Below, one piece after another: positions 25,331-37,100 of a stretch of 64,000 bases of DNA. Location: positions 1,167,101 through 1,231,100 of the forward strand of contig OZ287701.1 in the NCBI GenBank assembly GCA_965649825.1, given 5' to 3'. The translations under genes and the position numbers were made by a program. Numbering within the stretch: position 1 is the stretch's first letter; each line of letters opens with the position of its first letter. The notes beneath the pieces were generated by a model. It was not told where the DNA came from, made no database searches, and saw only the letters and a list, made by a program, of their open reading frames with translations. Origin of the DNA: Penicillus capitatus (taxonomy: Eukaryota > Plantae > Chlorophyta).

Positions 25331-25959
25331 AGACGCGGCCTGTCGCACTGCTGCGACAGTATTGCGGCCACTCTGTACGCATTAACAATAGTGTCGGCGC
25401 GTTCTGATACGCTGTCGAGGTGGCAGTACCACCACGGCAGCGTGCCAATACTATTGTTAATGCGTATTTAACATTGAACGCCTGTTTTTCTTTGTCCAAA
25501 AAGAATTCTGACGATAGCAAGGAGAAGGTGTTTCCACAAAACCCTGCAGTGTCATTTAAAGAGGCATGTGCGGCTTTGTCAATGAAGGAGATGAGGTGGG
25601 ACATTCTGGGGAAGGTGACAGAAAGAATGGTGCGCTATCAAGCAGACCTGTACATAAGATCTGCGAACGTGAATCCGTTCATCTATCCAGTGAAGTGGAA
25701 GGCAATCTTCACCGGAGGGACAGACTTGGGCATGTTATCGAGTTTTGGCATGCATCGGGTCAGCATGGGTTGTACACCTCGGGTAAATACGCGTGTCGGC
25801 TTTGGGTATTCCTTGAGGCCGAAGGACGCATAATGCAAGGGAAAATGCTTGGAGAACTATTTTTCTCCATCTTTATGCAATGTGTGTAGAACTAAGAACG
25901 CCGAATATGGCGAAGCTTCGTAAAACACAGCATGCGACGTCATTCGCCAATTTGCTGTA

Positions 25960-26229
25960 TGTGACGGTGCGCCCGCCATCGCCTCGGGTCTTTTGGCGAG
26001 AAGACGCTGCCGTTGCGGCAACCGTCCCTGTGGCGACACGCCAGCGGAGGATCACTGGAAAAACGCGTGACGAGAGACTCGCGTAATGAAATGACGTGTC
26101 TAATCCGGGGTACTTAAGCGAGAACTGAGACGTTGTATCCGTCTAGCTATGTAATTACTACATTGCCGACGGAGTTCCCTGCGCGACTCGTCATCCGGTC
26201 CGGACTCGGCCGACAGGTCGACGTTCACA
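25960..26229. mobile_element. Solo LTR (270 bp; different family from the TGTCG..CGACA LTRs)
   Basis: TGTGA...TCACA termini with 5-bp TSD CTGTA (25955-25959 and 26230-26234). Absent from Y copy 2, which shows the empty site. Confidence 0.85.
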
Positions 26230-26368
26230 CTGTACAGTATATCTTTATAATAAACACAATGAACTCAAGGAAATATACGAAACCGCACGTCGACCGTCGC
26301 CACGCGCCCATAGCCGATCCACATTGTGAACCGCGCTGCACGCACCGGGGATGTTTTCTTGGCAGATA

Positions 26369-27151
26369 GAGTACCTCGGACACTTCCTTCATCAACAATT
26401 AGATGACAGGAGCGCGTGTCAGGCATGGACGATCCTCAAGGAGTGCCTAACGATTCCTTATCGCCATGAGATCGAGCATGCACTAGACGCGACATTGACC
26501 GAGGTCACTCCTCATAGGCCGTCTGTGCATCGCCAGCTAGCTTCTCACTAGAAACAAGACCCAGATTCTTCGCCAAAGGAGAATGCTCTACCCGCCGAAG
26601 GTTCCCAGGGAGAAGAGAATGCCAATGAGGAAGAGGAAGACACGGAAGATGAGGGTCATGATACTGATACGCGGAAATTTTTGAAGGAAGCCGGAAGCTT
26701 TTTTGGCAGAGAGATGGAAAGAACTGCTGAACCTCTCCTGCGTAATGGTAATGTGTGATCCAGCTACTCTCTGTTTGTTTCTCGGTCTTTCTGTAGATGT
26801 ACCTATAGTGGAATCGTATCATGCCTGTAGCGACGCACAGGCGAAAGCAGGAAATGCGGAACGAGCATTTGAAACACTTCTCGAACTGGAAATGCATCAT
26901 CCAAACAATCCTACAGATCTATCTCCCGCTCAAGGACTCTCTCTACTCGTCGAAGCTTGCAAAAGATACCGAAACCGTCGATCGAGCTTATCTGGTGGTA
27001 TGTTCGTTTCTCCTTCTCACCTCTGCTTCTGCGACATAGCTTGTTTGTTGTGATTGAGTTGGATCGGCGGCACAAAGAAGAGAAGAAGGTGACGGTGCTT
27101 CTAATGTCGCAAGGCGTTGTTCTTGTAACGGCTGTAAGAGGAGTCAGATAG
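26369..27151 (+). pseudogene. 5'-truncated gene fragment with a PPR-like motif
   Basis: Spliceable exons (IEYLGHFLHQQLDD..., VESYHACSDAQAKAGNAERAFETLLELE) begin right after repeat Y, with no upstream start exon. Confidence 0.4.
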
Positions 27152-27715
27152 AAAAAATGGCGATAGTATTAGATAGAGCTTAGGATGTTATGGTCCTCGA
27201 CGATGATTAAGATTCCATTACCAAATCACAAGTGGCATTCGACCGACAGCTCTTTGCCGTGCAGCAGATCATGGAAGTGAGAGATCACTTTTTTGTTGGC
27301 GGTTTACAACGATGCTTTCTTCTTTTACAGAGCGAATTCAGTTATGCTCTTCCATATGAACGAGCATCGTTCTTGTTTCGTGTTCTTCTGCTGTTCTTCG
27401 GTGTCTTCATTACAAGAGGGTTGTTTTCCATGCGATCTACATTCATATCTATACCTACAATGTGTGTTTTGTCATTTGAGTGATTTGATCGATGTGTCAC
27501 ATATTGAGATTTCGGAGATTGCCTCGGTGACCTGAGGAAAGGCACAGAGTGGAGTCTGTCATGAAAAGCCTCTGTTTTTCGACACCGACACAATCGACGG
27601 ACTCATAGAAAAAGAGACAGAGATAGAGTATCTCCCTTGGACGCCAGTCAGAAGTGCTCGCGATTTCCAGGTATGATGTGACAGCTGTTCTTTCACTTCG
27701 GCGTCGAAGTTCGAG

Positions 27716-30252
27716 ATGTCCAGTGACGAGGAAGAGTTGGCGTCTCTGAGACGCCAGCGCGCCGAAAAGCTCGGAATTTCGCATCCTCCTCCCAAGGTAC
27801 GCGGCATGCTCGCCACAATCTTCTCAGACCCTCATCTCACCTCAAACCATCACTCTTTCCCATTCCTCAGAAACGGCCACAACCTGAAAGCGACTCATCT
27901 CCTTCAGAGTAAGCAAACGTGACATATCACATCCATAGCTCAGCAGCGAATGACAGGAGCGAAGAGAATGATGTCAGAGAGAAACGAGGTATTGACAATG
28001 ACGAAGATGCACCGGTACGCAGTCATGACACTTGAGGAGCTGATGTTTTAGCAATGATGCATCTAGGCAGTCGTCGATCCCTCTGAGTTGTATGCTGATG
28101 AGACCCGTGCACAGTTTCCAGTGGATTCGGTATAGACATGACCAAGAAAGCCATTTCTCAGTGACATGACATCTAGGTAAATCTGCTCAGAGATTGTAGA
28201 AGCAAGTGGCCGATAGTGGCAATTTGACACATGTGAAGACACTGAACCAGACGACAGTGCTCGAACACGATTCCTATCAACTCCCAACAACCTACGAAGC
28301 ACTCCTGCAGGTCATCGTTGCGCATCTTGTGGAAGAACATGCCACAGAGTTCTCTCTCAGGGGCATTCGAAACTGATCACCAGCATCGATGTGGATCACA
28401 GTGGCTCCAGAGTCATCACGGGTTCCTTCGATTACTCCGTTCGGCTCTACGATTTCAACGGCATGAAATCTGACATGCGCAGTTTCTGGCAAGCCATCTC
28501 TCTCTGCACAACGTCATCCAGTTGGCTATTGTAGATCGATCGAACCACATGAGGGCCATCCAGTGTTCTCCTTAAGCTTCAGTCCTTCTGGCGATCGCTT
28601 CCCTGTCGTTACAGGCGCAGCGACGCCGAAGGTCTATGACAGAGATGAAACAGGAAGAGGGACTTTTCCACGTGGAGACATGTACATTCGAGACATGAAG
28701 AACACCAAAGGTGCTCACCCATGTCGATATGTGCTGCCTGTATTTATACCAGAGGTGTTTAGGACATGTTTGCGGTTGTTGTCAGGGGCAATGGCATCCA
28801 GGATACAAAGGAACTGCCTTGACATGTTCGGAAGATGGGACGCCTCGAATCTTGGATATGTATCGACTGACACAGAAGACCATCATCAAACCGAATCTCA
28901 GAAAAGCAGGTGAGATCCTACTAAGCCACTTCTTGTGTACTACTACTGTAACGCATCTCACAGGACGCGTTGCGGTGACCTGCTGTACATACAATACAGA
29001 CGGCATCTTGATTGTTGGTGGATTGCGAGATGGCAGTATACAGATATGGGGTGCAAAGGGCGAAAGGGTGGGGAGATCGGCTGCCGTTGATCTGGTATAC
29101 CAACATCGTTGTCACATCGTACATGGATCGCACACCTCTCCGCTTTTAGGTTCAGCCGCCAAAGCTGCAGATGATTCCACGACAGGAATGGACCTATCTG
29201 TCCAATGCTTCGCTACTGAATGGTTCCTCGCATCCAGCAGAGAGCGATATGACAAGTCTCTGCTTTGCCAAGAAATCTCAGACCTTGCTCTCGAGGTGCA
29301 TGGATGGGACGATGAAGATTTGGGATCTGCGTCAATTCAAACGGCCGCTGGCGATCTACGAAGAACTGCCAAACTGCAACGAACAAACACAATGCTGTTT
29401 CAGTCCTGACGAACGACTGATTCTGACAGGCATGCGTCAAATGTCGATGAGATGGTGAACAGGTTGGTTGTCTAGGTGTTTCGGCTGCCGTCGATTGCAG
29501 TTTTTCTGGCGGTGTTTTTTATCAATTGACAGAAACAGGAGATCGTGCGCAAGATGGAGCTTTCAGCGGCTGTCTGTCCCATCATGTGACATGAAAAGCT
29601 CAATCGGATTCTCTATGGCACAGGATCGAGGGATCATGGCCGAACACACATACTCTATCATCCAGACTATTCAGAACGCGGTGCACTGCTCTGCGCCGGC
29701 AAAGCACCACGAAGCAAAGGCAGTGAAGCTTTCGATTCGCCTGTTCTGATTCACACACCAAATGCCTTGCCCATGTTCCAGCAACCCCGCAACAGAAAGA
29801 GGGTCAGCAATGATCTCACTCTATTGCCTTCAAAAGTGTGACCTGTGATCGACAGTTGCTGCAGGAGGAGTATGAAGAGAAGCTGAAAGAGATGCGACAG
29901 AGGGAGATGGTGCAGCAGTGAAGGAACTCGGCGTGGGCAAAGGTGGAAAACTAGGAGCCACGGGCGGTACCTTACTGACACAGTACCTCAGGCGTACACG
30001 GGTAAGATCTGCTTAACAGGCCTCTCCCCTCAGTTTATGATCTCTCGTATCTAGGGAACGATACGTTATGTGGATGAAGAGACCGATGCCAGAGAGGAAG
30101 AGCTTTTGCGGCATCGTAATGCCAAAGAGGAGTTCGGCGTCTATACCGCTGCTTATCGTCGCACTCAGCCAACGCCCATCTTTGTTTAAGTGGAAGAAGA
30201 GGAGAAGCAGGCACAGGGCGATGGGGACGACGAGGATGATGATGATTCCTAG
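27716..30252 (+). pseudogene. WDR70: WDR70/GAD-1-like WD40 pseudogene
   Basis: GHSKLITSIDVDHSGSRVITGSFDYSVRLYDFNGMKSDMRSF, GDMYIRDMKNTKGH, CFSPDERLILTG, GGTLLTQYL. Disabled by a TGA formed across the 28489-28534 intron, TGA 29527, TGA 29587 (at a conserved Trp), TAA 30187, apparent frameshifts near 29500 and 29900, and WD-to-LD changes. Confidence 0.85.
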
Positions 30253-30534
30253 ACCAACAGCAATGTATATTTTTTACATGCATCTGTTGCTGGACGGTGC
30301 ATCAAATGCGCTTTCTCATGGAAGGATCGAATCCATGAGGGATTGAATTGAGTGTCACGAGTATATCAGTACGGCGGATAAAAGGAAAGCCATCGATGCG
30401 ACTGGACCTTTCAGAGCAGTGTCTTGTTATGCTGTCGAGGGCGACGAGTTATCAAGAGTAACAAACAACAGGGAATCAATCAAATAGCAAAGAGGAAGGA
30501 AAACAGACCCGTCTCAAAACGCCTATTAGCGTCA

Positions 30535-31972
30535 TCACCACGCGGCAGTTGTGTGGACGTGGTATTGCTGCACACCATAGAGCAGTTCCAATGCCTTGCC
30601 TGTCAGTCATCCCATGATGGGTATCGAGGTCATGACATGTTGTGTCGATTCAAGACCTGGCCTGTTGTCACACATTCTCACTCTTTTTGATGTGGCAGGT
30701 GGCGGTGTGTACTTGGTGAGCATTTCGAAAACGGGAGCTCGTAGGAGATAAACAAGGAACATTGTTTTCCTGCGTTTCATTTCCCTGTCTTCGATGGCGG
30801 TCCAAAGGAAGCTATGCAACATGGTAAGTAATTCAGAAGGCGATCTTGACATGACAGATTCTGGCCCTGGATGCCAGCGTACTGCATCATCTGACCTCCT
30901 TTAGAAATCAGTGTGCGACTCGTAAGATCCATCCCCAGGGAGAAACACCACGATTTCCATGAACTTGGTCCGAACCTAAACACACAGCTTCACCTCAGCT
31001 TCCAATCCACACCATCTTGCGCTGGTCACACTTTCTGAGGCCGAATATACAGACAATTGGTCTAAGTAGATAGAGCAGCTCTCCGATAAGCATCATCAGA
31101 CGTCCAGTCCTGTAAGATCTTTCTGATGCACGAACGGCATCTGGCTGTTCCATCTGTGGCGGCTCTTCATCTTCGAGCTCATCAAATCGACTGGGATTGT
31201 TCTGCCACCACTGAGAACTGCCATCACTCTCCGATAGATACAAAGCCGAATCCGCATCGCACTTATTGTCCCAGTCTGCATCTTCATGAATCGGGATGCT
31301 GAGGAGTGATGAATGAGAAGTCGACATCTGTGAACATGCACTGTGCCATTTCTCATGAACAGAGTGCCAGACATCTTGAAAACGAGAAGTTGTTAATTCC
31401 TTATTCGGACGCAACGCTTGGATGACACAAGAAGGATCTCGAACCCTTCCGTTCGGAGGTCTCCGTAAAAGAAATGGGAGTCACGAGACTCTTTGAACAG
31501 TGCAGTACGAACAAACGCACAAACAACCTATGACACACCACATCCCAACAGCACGGCTGGATTCAGACCTTACTTGAGCAACTCCAAAGCGGCCAATGCC
31601 GTGTACTTGTTACGTCGACCCGCACTCGCCAAGTAGTCCGCACTCATTTCGAACAGGACCTCGACCTAATGGCCATGGAATGCTCGACGTTTGAGGCGGT
31701 TGGTATTGGATTGGATATGGTGTTACCTTGCCTATGGCTTCAAGGGCCAACAACTGAGTGAAACAGGTGCCGCTATCGCCTTCTCGAACGAGGGAATCGT
31801 GCCAGAGACGGACGAGACCCAGGAGCGAGTGGCATGCCTGGACGCCGGCTTCGGACTTGGAAAAGCGATTGGGTAATAACCAGAAGTATCCTGAGAGGAG
31901 CTGCTCAACGAAACGGAGATGCAATCCGTTCTCTCGAACCGACTCTCTGTAAGCGTCGAAATAGGCGGCCAT
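30535..31972 (-). pseudogene. PEX16: PEX16 peroxin, probably pseudogenised
   Basis: MAAYFDAYRESVRENG...YFWLLPNRFSKSEAG; IGELLYLLRPIV; MKRRKTMFLVYLLRAPVF. The last exon PIMG*LTGKALELLYGVQQ has a premature TGA at 30607-30609 before the natural stop at 30535. Confidence 0.75.
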
Positions 31973-32233
31973 AGAAAACGCAAAGGCCAAAGCCTCGATC
32001 GAGGATGATCGGCGGATTGATGAACGGTTCGTACGTTCGTATCGCCAAAATTTCGCGTCACACAGTGATTGTACCTCATAAATTCACCGCCCTGCCTAAT
32101 ATGAATCATCTATTCTTGCGAGACCGTTTGAGTGCTAATGACGATCTACAAGTCTCTTTATGAAGCTGATTGTAATACTGTTGTTGCATAAAGATGTCGA
32201 TTCGAAACAAACGCTCGCTCCAATAAGATTCAT

Positions 32234-33398
32234 CTAGTCCCAGATCCGTCGCACTGCCGAAGACGCCGCCGCGGCGCGTCCCGACATTACTGTATTGCGC
32301 GCCGCATACGTCGGCGCAATACTGTCACGGCAGTGCGACGAGGGATCCGTGGCGCATCCCGACATTACTGTATTGCGCGCCGCGTACGTCGGCGCAATAC
32401 TGTCGCGGCCATGCGTCGCGACGAAATAGACGCGTCCTATCGCACTGCTGCGACAGTATTGCGGCCACCCTGTACGCATTAACAATAGTGTCGGCGCGTT
32501 CTGATACGCTGTCGAGGTGGCAGTACCACCACGGCAGCGTGCCAATACTATTGTTAATGCGTATTTAACATTGAACGCCTGTTTCTCTTTGTCCAAAAAG
32601 AATTCTGACGATAGAAAAAAAATGTTTCCACAAAACCCCGGAATCTCATTCGAAGAAGCAAATGAGACTCTGTCGGTGAAGGAGATGAGGTGGGACATTA
32701 TGGGGAAGGCGACAAACAAAATGGTGCAACATCATGCAAACCTTTACACAAGATCTGCGACCGTGAGTCCGTTTTTCTATCCAGTGGAAGGCAATCTTCA
32801 GCGGAGGGACAGAGTTGGGCATGTTATCGAGTTTTGGAATGCATCAGGGGAGCATGGGTTGTACACCTGGGGTTCGTACGCGTGTCGGCTTCGGGTATTC
32901 CTTGAGGCCGAAGGATGCGTAATGCAAGGGAACGAAGATGCTTGGAGAACGATTATTCTCCAACTTTATACAATGTATCTGTCGCCAAGATTTGGCGTGG
33001 CGATGTGACTGCCTTGTTTCCGATGGGTTCACGTCTTGGGGGTTGCAGGTTGAGTCATCTGGGGCGCTATTCCTTGGTTCTGGCGCAAGGATGACTCATC
33101 TGCCTAGGCAGGTCACATCGCCCCTGGGGTATAAAACGGACAGTCTGGACGCTACTTTGCCTTGCTCCGAACAACTTGTAAAATAAGTCTTTCGCTGATT
33201 TGTTTTCGTCCGACCCGGCCGGCGACAGTATCGGGAACTAAGAACGCCGAATATGGCGAAGATACACAAAAAACAGCATGCGACGGAATTCGTCAATATG
33301 CTGTATAGTCTATCTTTATAACAAACACAATGAACTCAAGAGAATATACAAAAGCGCACGTCGACCGTCGCCACGCGCCCATAGCCAATCCGCATTGC
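32234..33398 (+). mobile_element. Repeat Y copy 2
   Basis: Direct repeat of 25147-26330 with the same 78-bp units and 17-bp IR (32473-32489/32547-32563). Its ORF is frameshifted by a 5-bp deletion (ccagtg[aagtg]gaagg). Left end diverges at 32234-32280. Confidence 0.75.
32980..33227 (+). mobile_element. Solo LTR (248 bp), family A
   Basis: TGTCGCC...GGCGACA termini with TSD GTATC (32975-32979/33228-33232). Homologous in reverse to 56966-57223. Absent from Y copy 1. Confidence 0.9.
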
Positions 33399-34150
33399 AC
33401 AAAAATGCTTGCGTGATGTTTAGCTTTTGCGACAAAGTTTAGCGTGAAAAGGTTCGTTAACATAAAGTCGATAGTCTTCGTAATACAAGCTACCATGTCG
33501 TCTTTTTCACGGTTTTGTTGTGACATTGGCATCGTCTCCTGAAAGGTCCTTTGCTATACGTACTGAGGCGCGTAAACGAAGGGCTCGTCAATTCACCAAG
33601 AACGGCAACGCGCACAAAGCGTTTTGTCGCTACGTCACAAAGACGGAGTATCAAACGAAGGAGCTTCAACAATCCGAAACCATGCAATGTCAACGGCAAA
33701 ACATTCTCGAGGACTCGTTTTTGAGTGCCAACGCGCGTTAACGACGTTCGCTGCGTTGCGCTACAACCCACAATTACAATAATGTCATCTAAGGCGCCCT
33801 TTTTTGAATGTAGAATATCACAACAGCCCTCATTCTGCCAGCTTAAATTCTAGACGTTCAACGTTCGAACAATCTTTGTTATACAATAAGCCTTCATCGC
33901 CGTTTCTTTCTAGCGCGTTTTAAGTGTTGCATCAGGGAGGACGACAACAAGCTAATCGTCCATTTCGACCTCAATTCGTAGAACAAGAGACAACAGCAAA
34001 TGTCTTATGTTTCTTCGACGAAATGACATAAAGAGAACAAGGGTTGTGATGTTCACTGCATGGAGAGTTTGAACAGACCGATCAAATTAAAGAATGCCCA
34101 ATCGCATCCATCACTTGATTTCTAGGGACAAACAAACGAAAGTGTGTATT

Positions 34151-37100
34151 TCAAACCAGTTTTTGAATATTCTCAAGCAATCCATGAAACTTCTCTTCAA
34201 ACTCTCGTTTTAGAAACCCAACATATAGGTTAGCATCAGCCTTACTCAACTTACCAATCTGTCGAGAAAGAGTTGTGTGTAAAATCAATGGAACTGTTTC
34301 ACAATTTGTAGATGTGTCAAACGTAAAAGGATGCTGCACAAAAACAAACAAAAGGCCGGACCTGTGCACAGGGAGAATAGATACTGAAGAGATGACAATC
34401 TTCTCTGGTTTTATGCTATTCAATGCAGTGTTTGCAGAATAACGCAAGCCTGAGTCTTCGTCCACGCACCCGTTCGCCAGAGCAGGCAGAACCTCCACGG
34501 CGTGCTCTGGCGCAGCCGCGACAAAGGTGCCGATTGCCTCTATTGCCGTCCGACGCACGTCCAAGTCTTTGTCGACGGAACCATTCGTCAGAGCCGGCAG
34601 AACCTCCCCGGCGTGCTCTGGCGCAGCCGCGACAAAGCTGCCGAGAGCCTGCATTGTCGTCAGACGCACGTCCGAGTCTTTGTCAACGGACCCATTCGTC
34701 AGAGCCGGCAGAACCTCCCCGGCACGCTCTGGCGCAGCCGCAACGACGTGGCCAATGGCCTTCATCGTTCTTTGACGAACCAACAAGTCTTCATCGGTGC
34801 ATCTCTTCGCCATAGCTGACAGAATTCCGTCAGTGTGTTGCGGCGCCGCCTTGACGAGGCTGCCGATGGCTTCCAACGCCCTTTGTCGCACGAAAAAGTC
34901 TTCGTCGATGCAGCCATTTGCCAGAGCCGGTACACCTTCGCCGGCACGCTGCGGCAGCGCCAAGGCGACGCTACCGATGGCCTCTATCGCCGTCTGACGC
35001 ACGCCTGCGTCTTCGTCGAAGCACCCATTCTCCAGAGACAGCAGAACCTCGGAGGCGTGCTGCGGCGCCGCCGCAACAACGCTGCCGATGGCCTCCGTCG
35101 CCCTCTGACGCACGAATATGTCTTCATCGATGCAGCCACCCACTATCGCTGGCAGAACTTTCCCGGTGTGCTCTGGCGCTACCCTGATAACACTACCGAT
35201 GGTCTTCATCGCTGACACATGCACTTGCGAGTCTCCATCGACGCACAGTCTCCCCAGCGTAAATAGAATCTCGCCGGCGTGCTCCGGCGCCGCCTCTATG
35301 AGGCTGTCGATTGCTTCCATTGCCTTCCGACGTACGTCTGAGTCGTCGTCAAAGCAGCCATTTGTCAGCGACGACAGAATTTCGCCAGCATGATGCGCAC
35401 CACCCGCAACAACGCTGCCGATTGCATCCATCGCTCTAAGACGCACATAAATGCTCTCGTCGACGCAGCCTTTTGCCAGCATCGGTAAAACCTCCCCGGC
35501 GTGCTCTGGCGCAACCGCGACAAAGCTGCCGATTGCCTCTATTGCCGTCCGACGCACGTCCAAGTCTTTGTCGACGGAACCATTCGTCAGAGCCGGCAGA
35601 ACCTCCCCGGCGTGCTCTGGTGCAGCCACGACAAAGCTGCCGAGAGCCTGCATTGTCGTCAGACGCACGTCCGAGTCTTTGTCAACGGACCCATTCGTCA
35701 GAGCCGGCAGAACCTCCCCGGCGTGCTCTGGCGCAGCCGCAACGACGCTGCCGATTGCATCCATCGCTCTAAGACGCACATAAATGCTCTCGTCGACGCA
35801 GCCTTTTGCCAGCATCGGTAAAACCTCCCCAGCGTGCTCTGGCGCAGCCGCAACGACGCTGCCGATGGCCTTCGTGGCAGACACACGCACTTGTGAGTCT
35901 TCGTCGAAGCAGCTATTCGCCAGAGCCAACAGAACCTCAGAGGCACGCTGCGGCAGCGCCAAGGCGACGCTACCAATGGCCTCTATCGCCGTCTGACGCA
36001 CGCCTGCGTCTTCGTTGAAGCACCCATTCGCCAGAGCCAACAGAACCTCAGAGGCATGCTGCGGCGCCGCCGCAACAACGCTGCCGATAGCCTCCGTCGC
36101 TCTCTGACGCACGAACATGTCTTCATCGATGCATCCATTCGCTATCGTTGACAGAATTCCGCCGGCGTGCTGCGGCACTGTCGCGACGAGGCTGCCGATG
36201 GCCTCCATTGCCCTTTGACGCACGTCCGAATCTTCATCGACACACCCATTCGCCATCGCTGACAGAATTCCGCCGGCGTGCTGCGGCACTGTCGCGACGA
36301 CGCTGTTGATGGCCTCCATCGCCCTTTGACGTACGTCCGAATCTTCATCGAAGCAGCCATTTGCCAGAGCCGGTGCGCCCTCTTCGCTGTGCTTCGGCGC
36401 CGCCGTGACGATTCTGCTGATAGCCACCATCGTCGCCAGACGTACGTCTGAATCTTCGTCGACACACCCATTCGCCAGAGCCAGCATATCAACGCCTGCG
36501 TGCTGCGGCGCTGCTGCGACGACGCTGCCGATGGCCTCCGTCGCCGTTCGACGCACGTCCGAGTCTTCGTCTAAGCAGCCATTTGCCAGAGCCAACAGAA
36601 CCTCAGAGGCATGCTGCGGCGCCGCCGCAACAACGCTGCCGATAGCCTCCGTCGCCACTCGACGCATGCCCCAGTCTTCGTCAGCACACTTGTTCGTTAG
36701 CGTCGGTAGAACGTCGCCTGCGTACTGTGGAGCTGCCGTGACAAGGCTGCTGATGGATTGCATCGCTTTCCGACGGACCAAAATATCTTCGTCGACACAC
36801 CCATTCGTCAGAGCCGGCAGAACCTCGCCGGCGTGCTGCGGCGCTGCTTCGACGACGCGGTGTATGGCCTCCACCGCCGTTTGTCGCACGTCCGGAGCTT
36901 CGTCGACACATCCATTTGTCAGAGCCAGCAGAACCTCGCCGGCGTGCTGCGGCGTTGCTTCGACGAGGCGGTGTATGGCCTCCACCGCCGTTCGTCGCAC
37001 GTTTGAGTCTTCGTCGACGCACCTTTTCGCCAGACTCAGCAGAACTTCACCGGCGTGCTGCGGCATTTGTTCTGCGACAAAACTCAACCTTCTGATGCAT

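Larger units (their letters stand above)
25147..26330 (+). mobile_element. Repeat Y copy 1: hairpin-rich, probably non-autonomous mobile element with a short ORF remnant
   Basis: Colinear with 32234-33398. Contains 78-bp palindromic tandem units, a 17-bp perfect inverted repeat (25376-25392/25450-25466) and ORF 25420-25833 ending GFGYSLRPKDA. Interrupted by a solo LTR. Confidence 0.7.

Noticed and set aside
27716-31972. In-frame TGA at Trp positions (WDR70 29587, PEX16 30607) and TAA/TAG in coding-like frames, suggesting a reassigned genetic code (TGA=Trp or TAR=Gln, as in some ulvophytes)
   Set aside because: Intact genes, including a 1580-codon exon, need no readthrough and end in TGA, TAG or TAA. 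The stops cluster with frameshifts and damaging substitutions, and one TGA falls at an Arg position, which fits pseudogenisation.
32234-32280. Helitron 3' end (hairpin plus CTAG) at the left end of Y copy 2
   Set aside because: The hairpin is ~24 nt from the CTAG, the following base on that strand is A rather than T, and Y copy 1 lacks this end. Not enough to classify.
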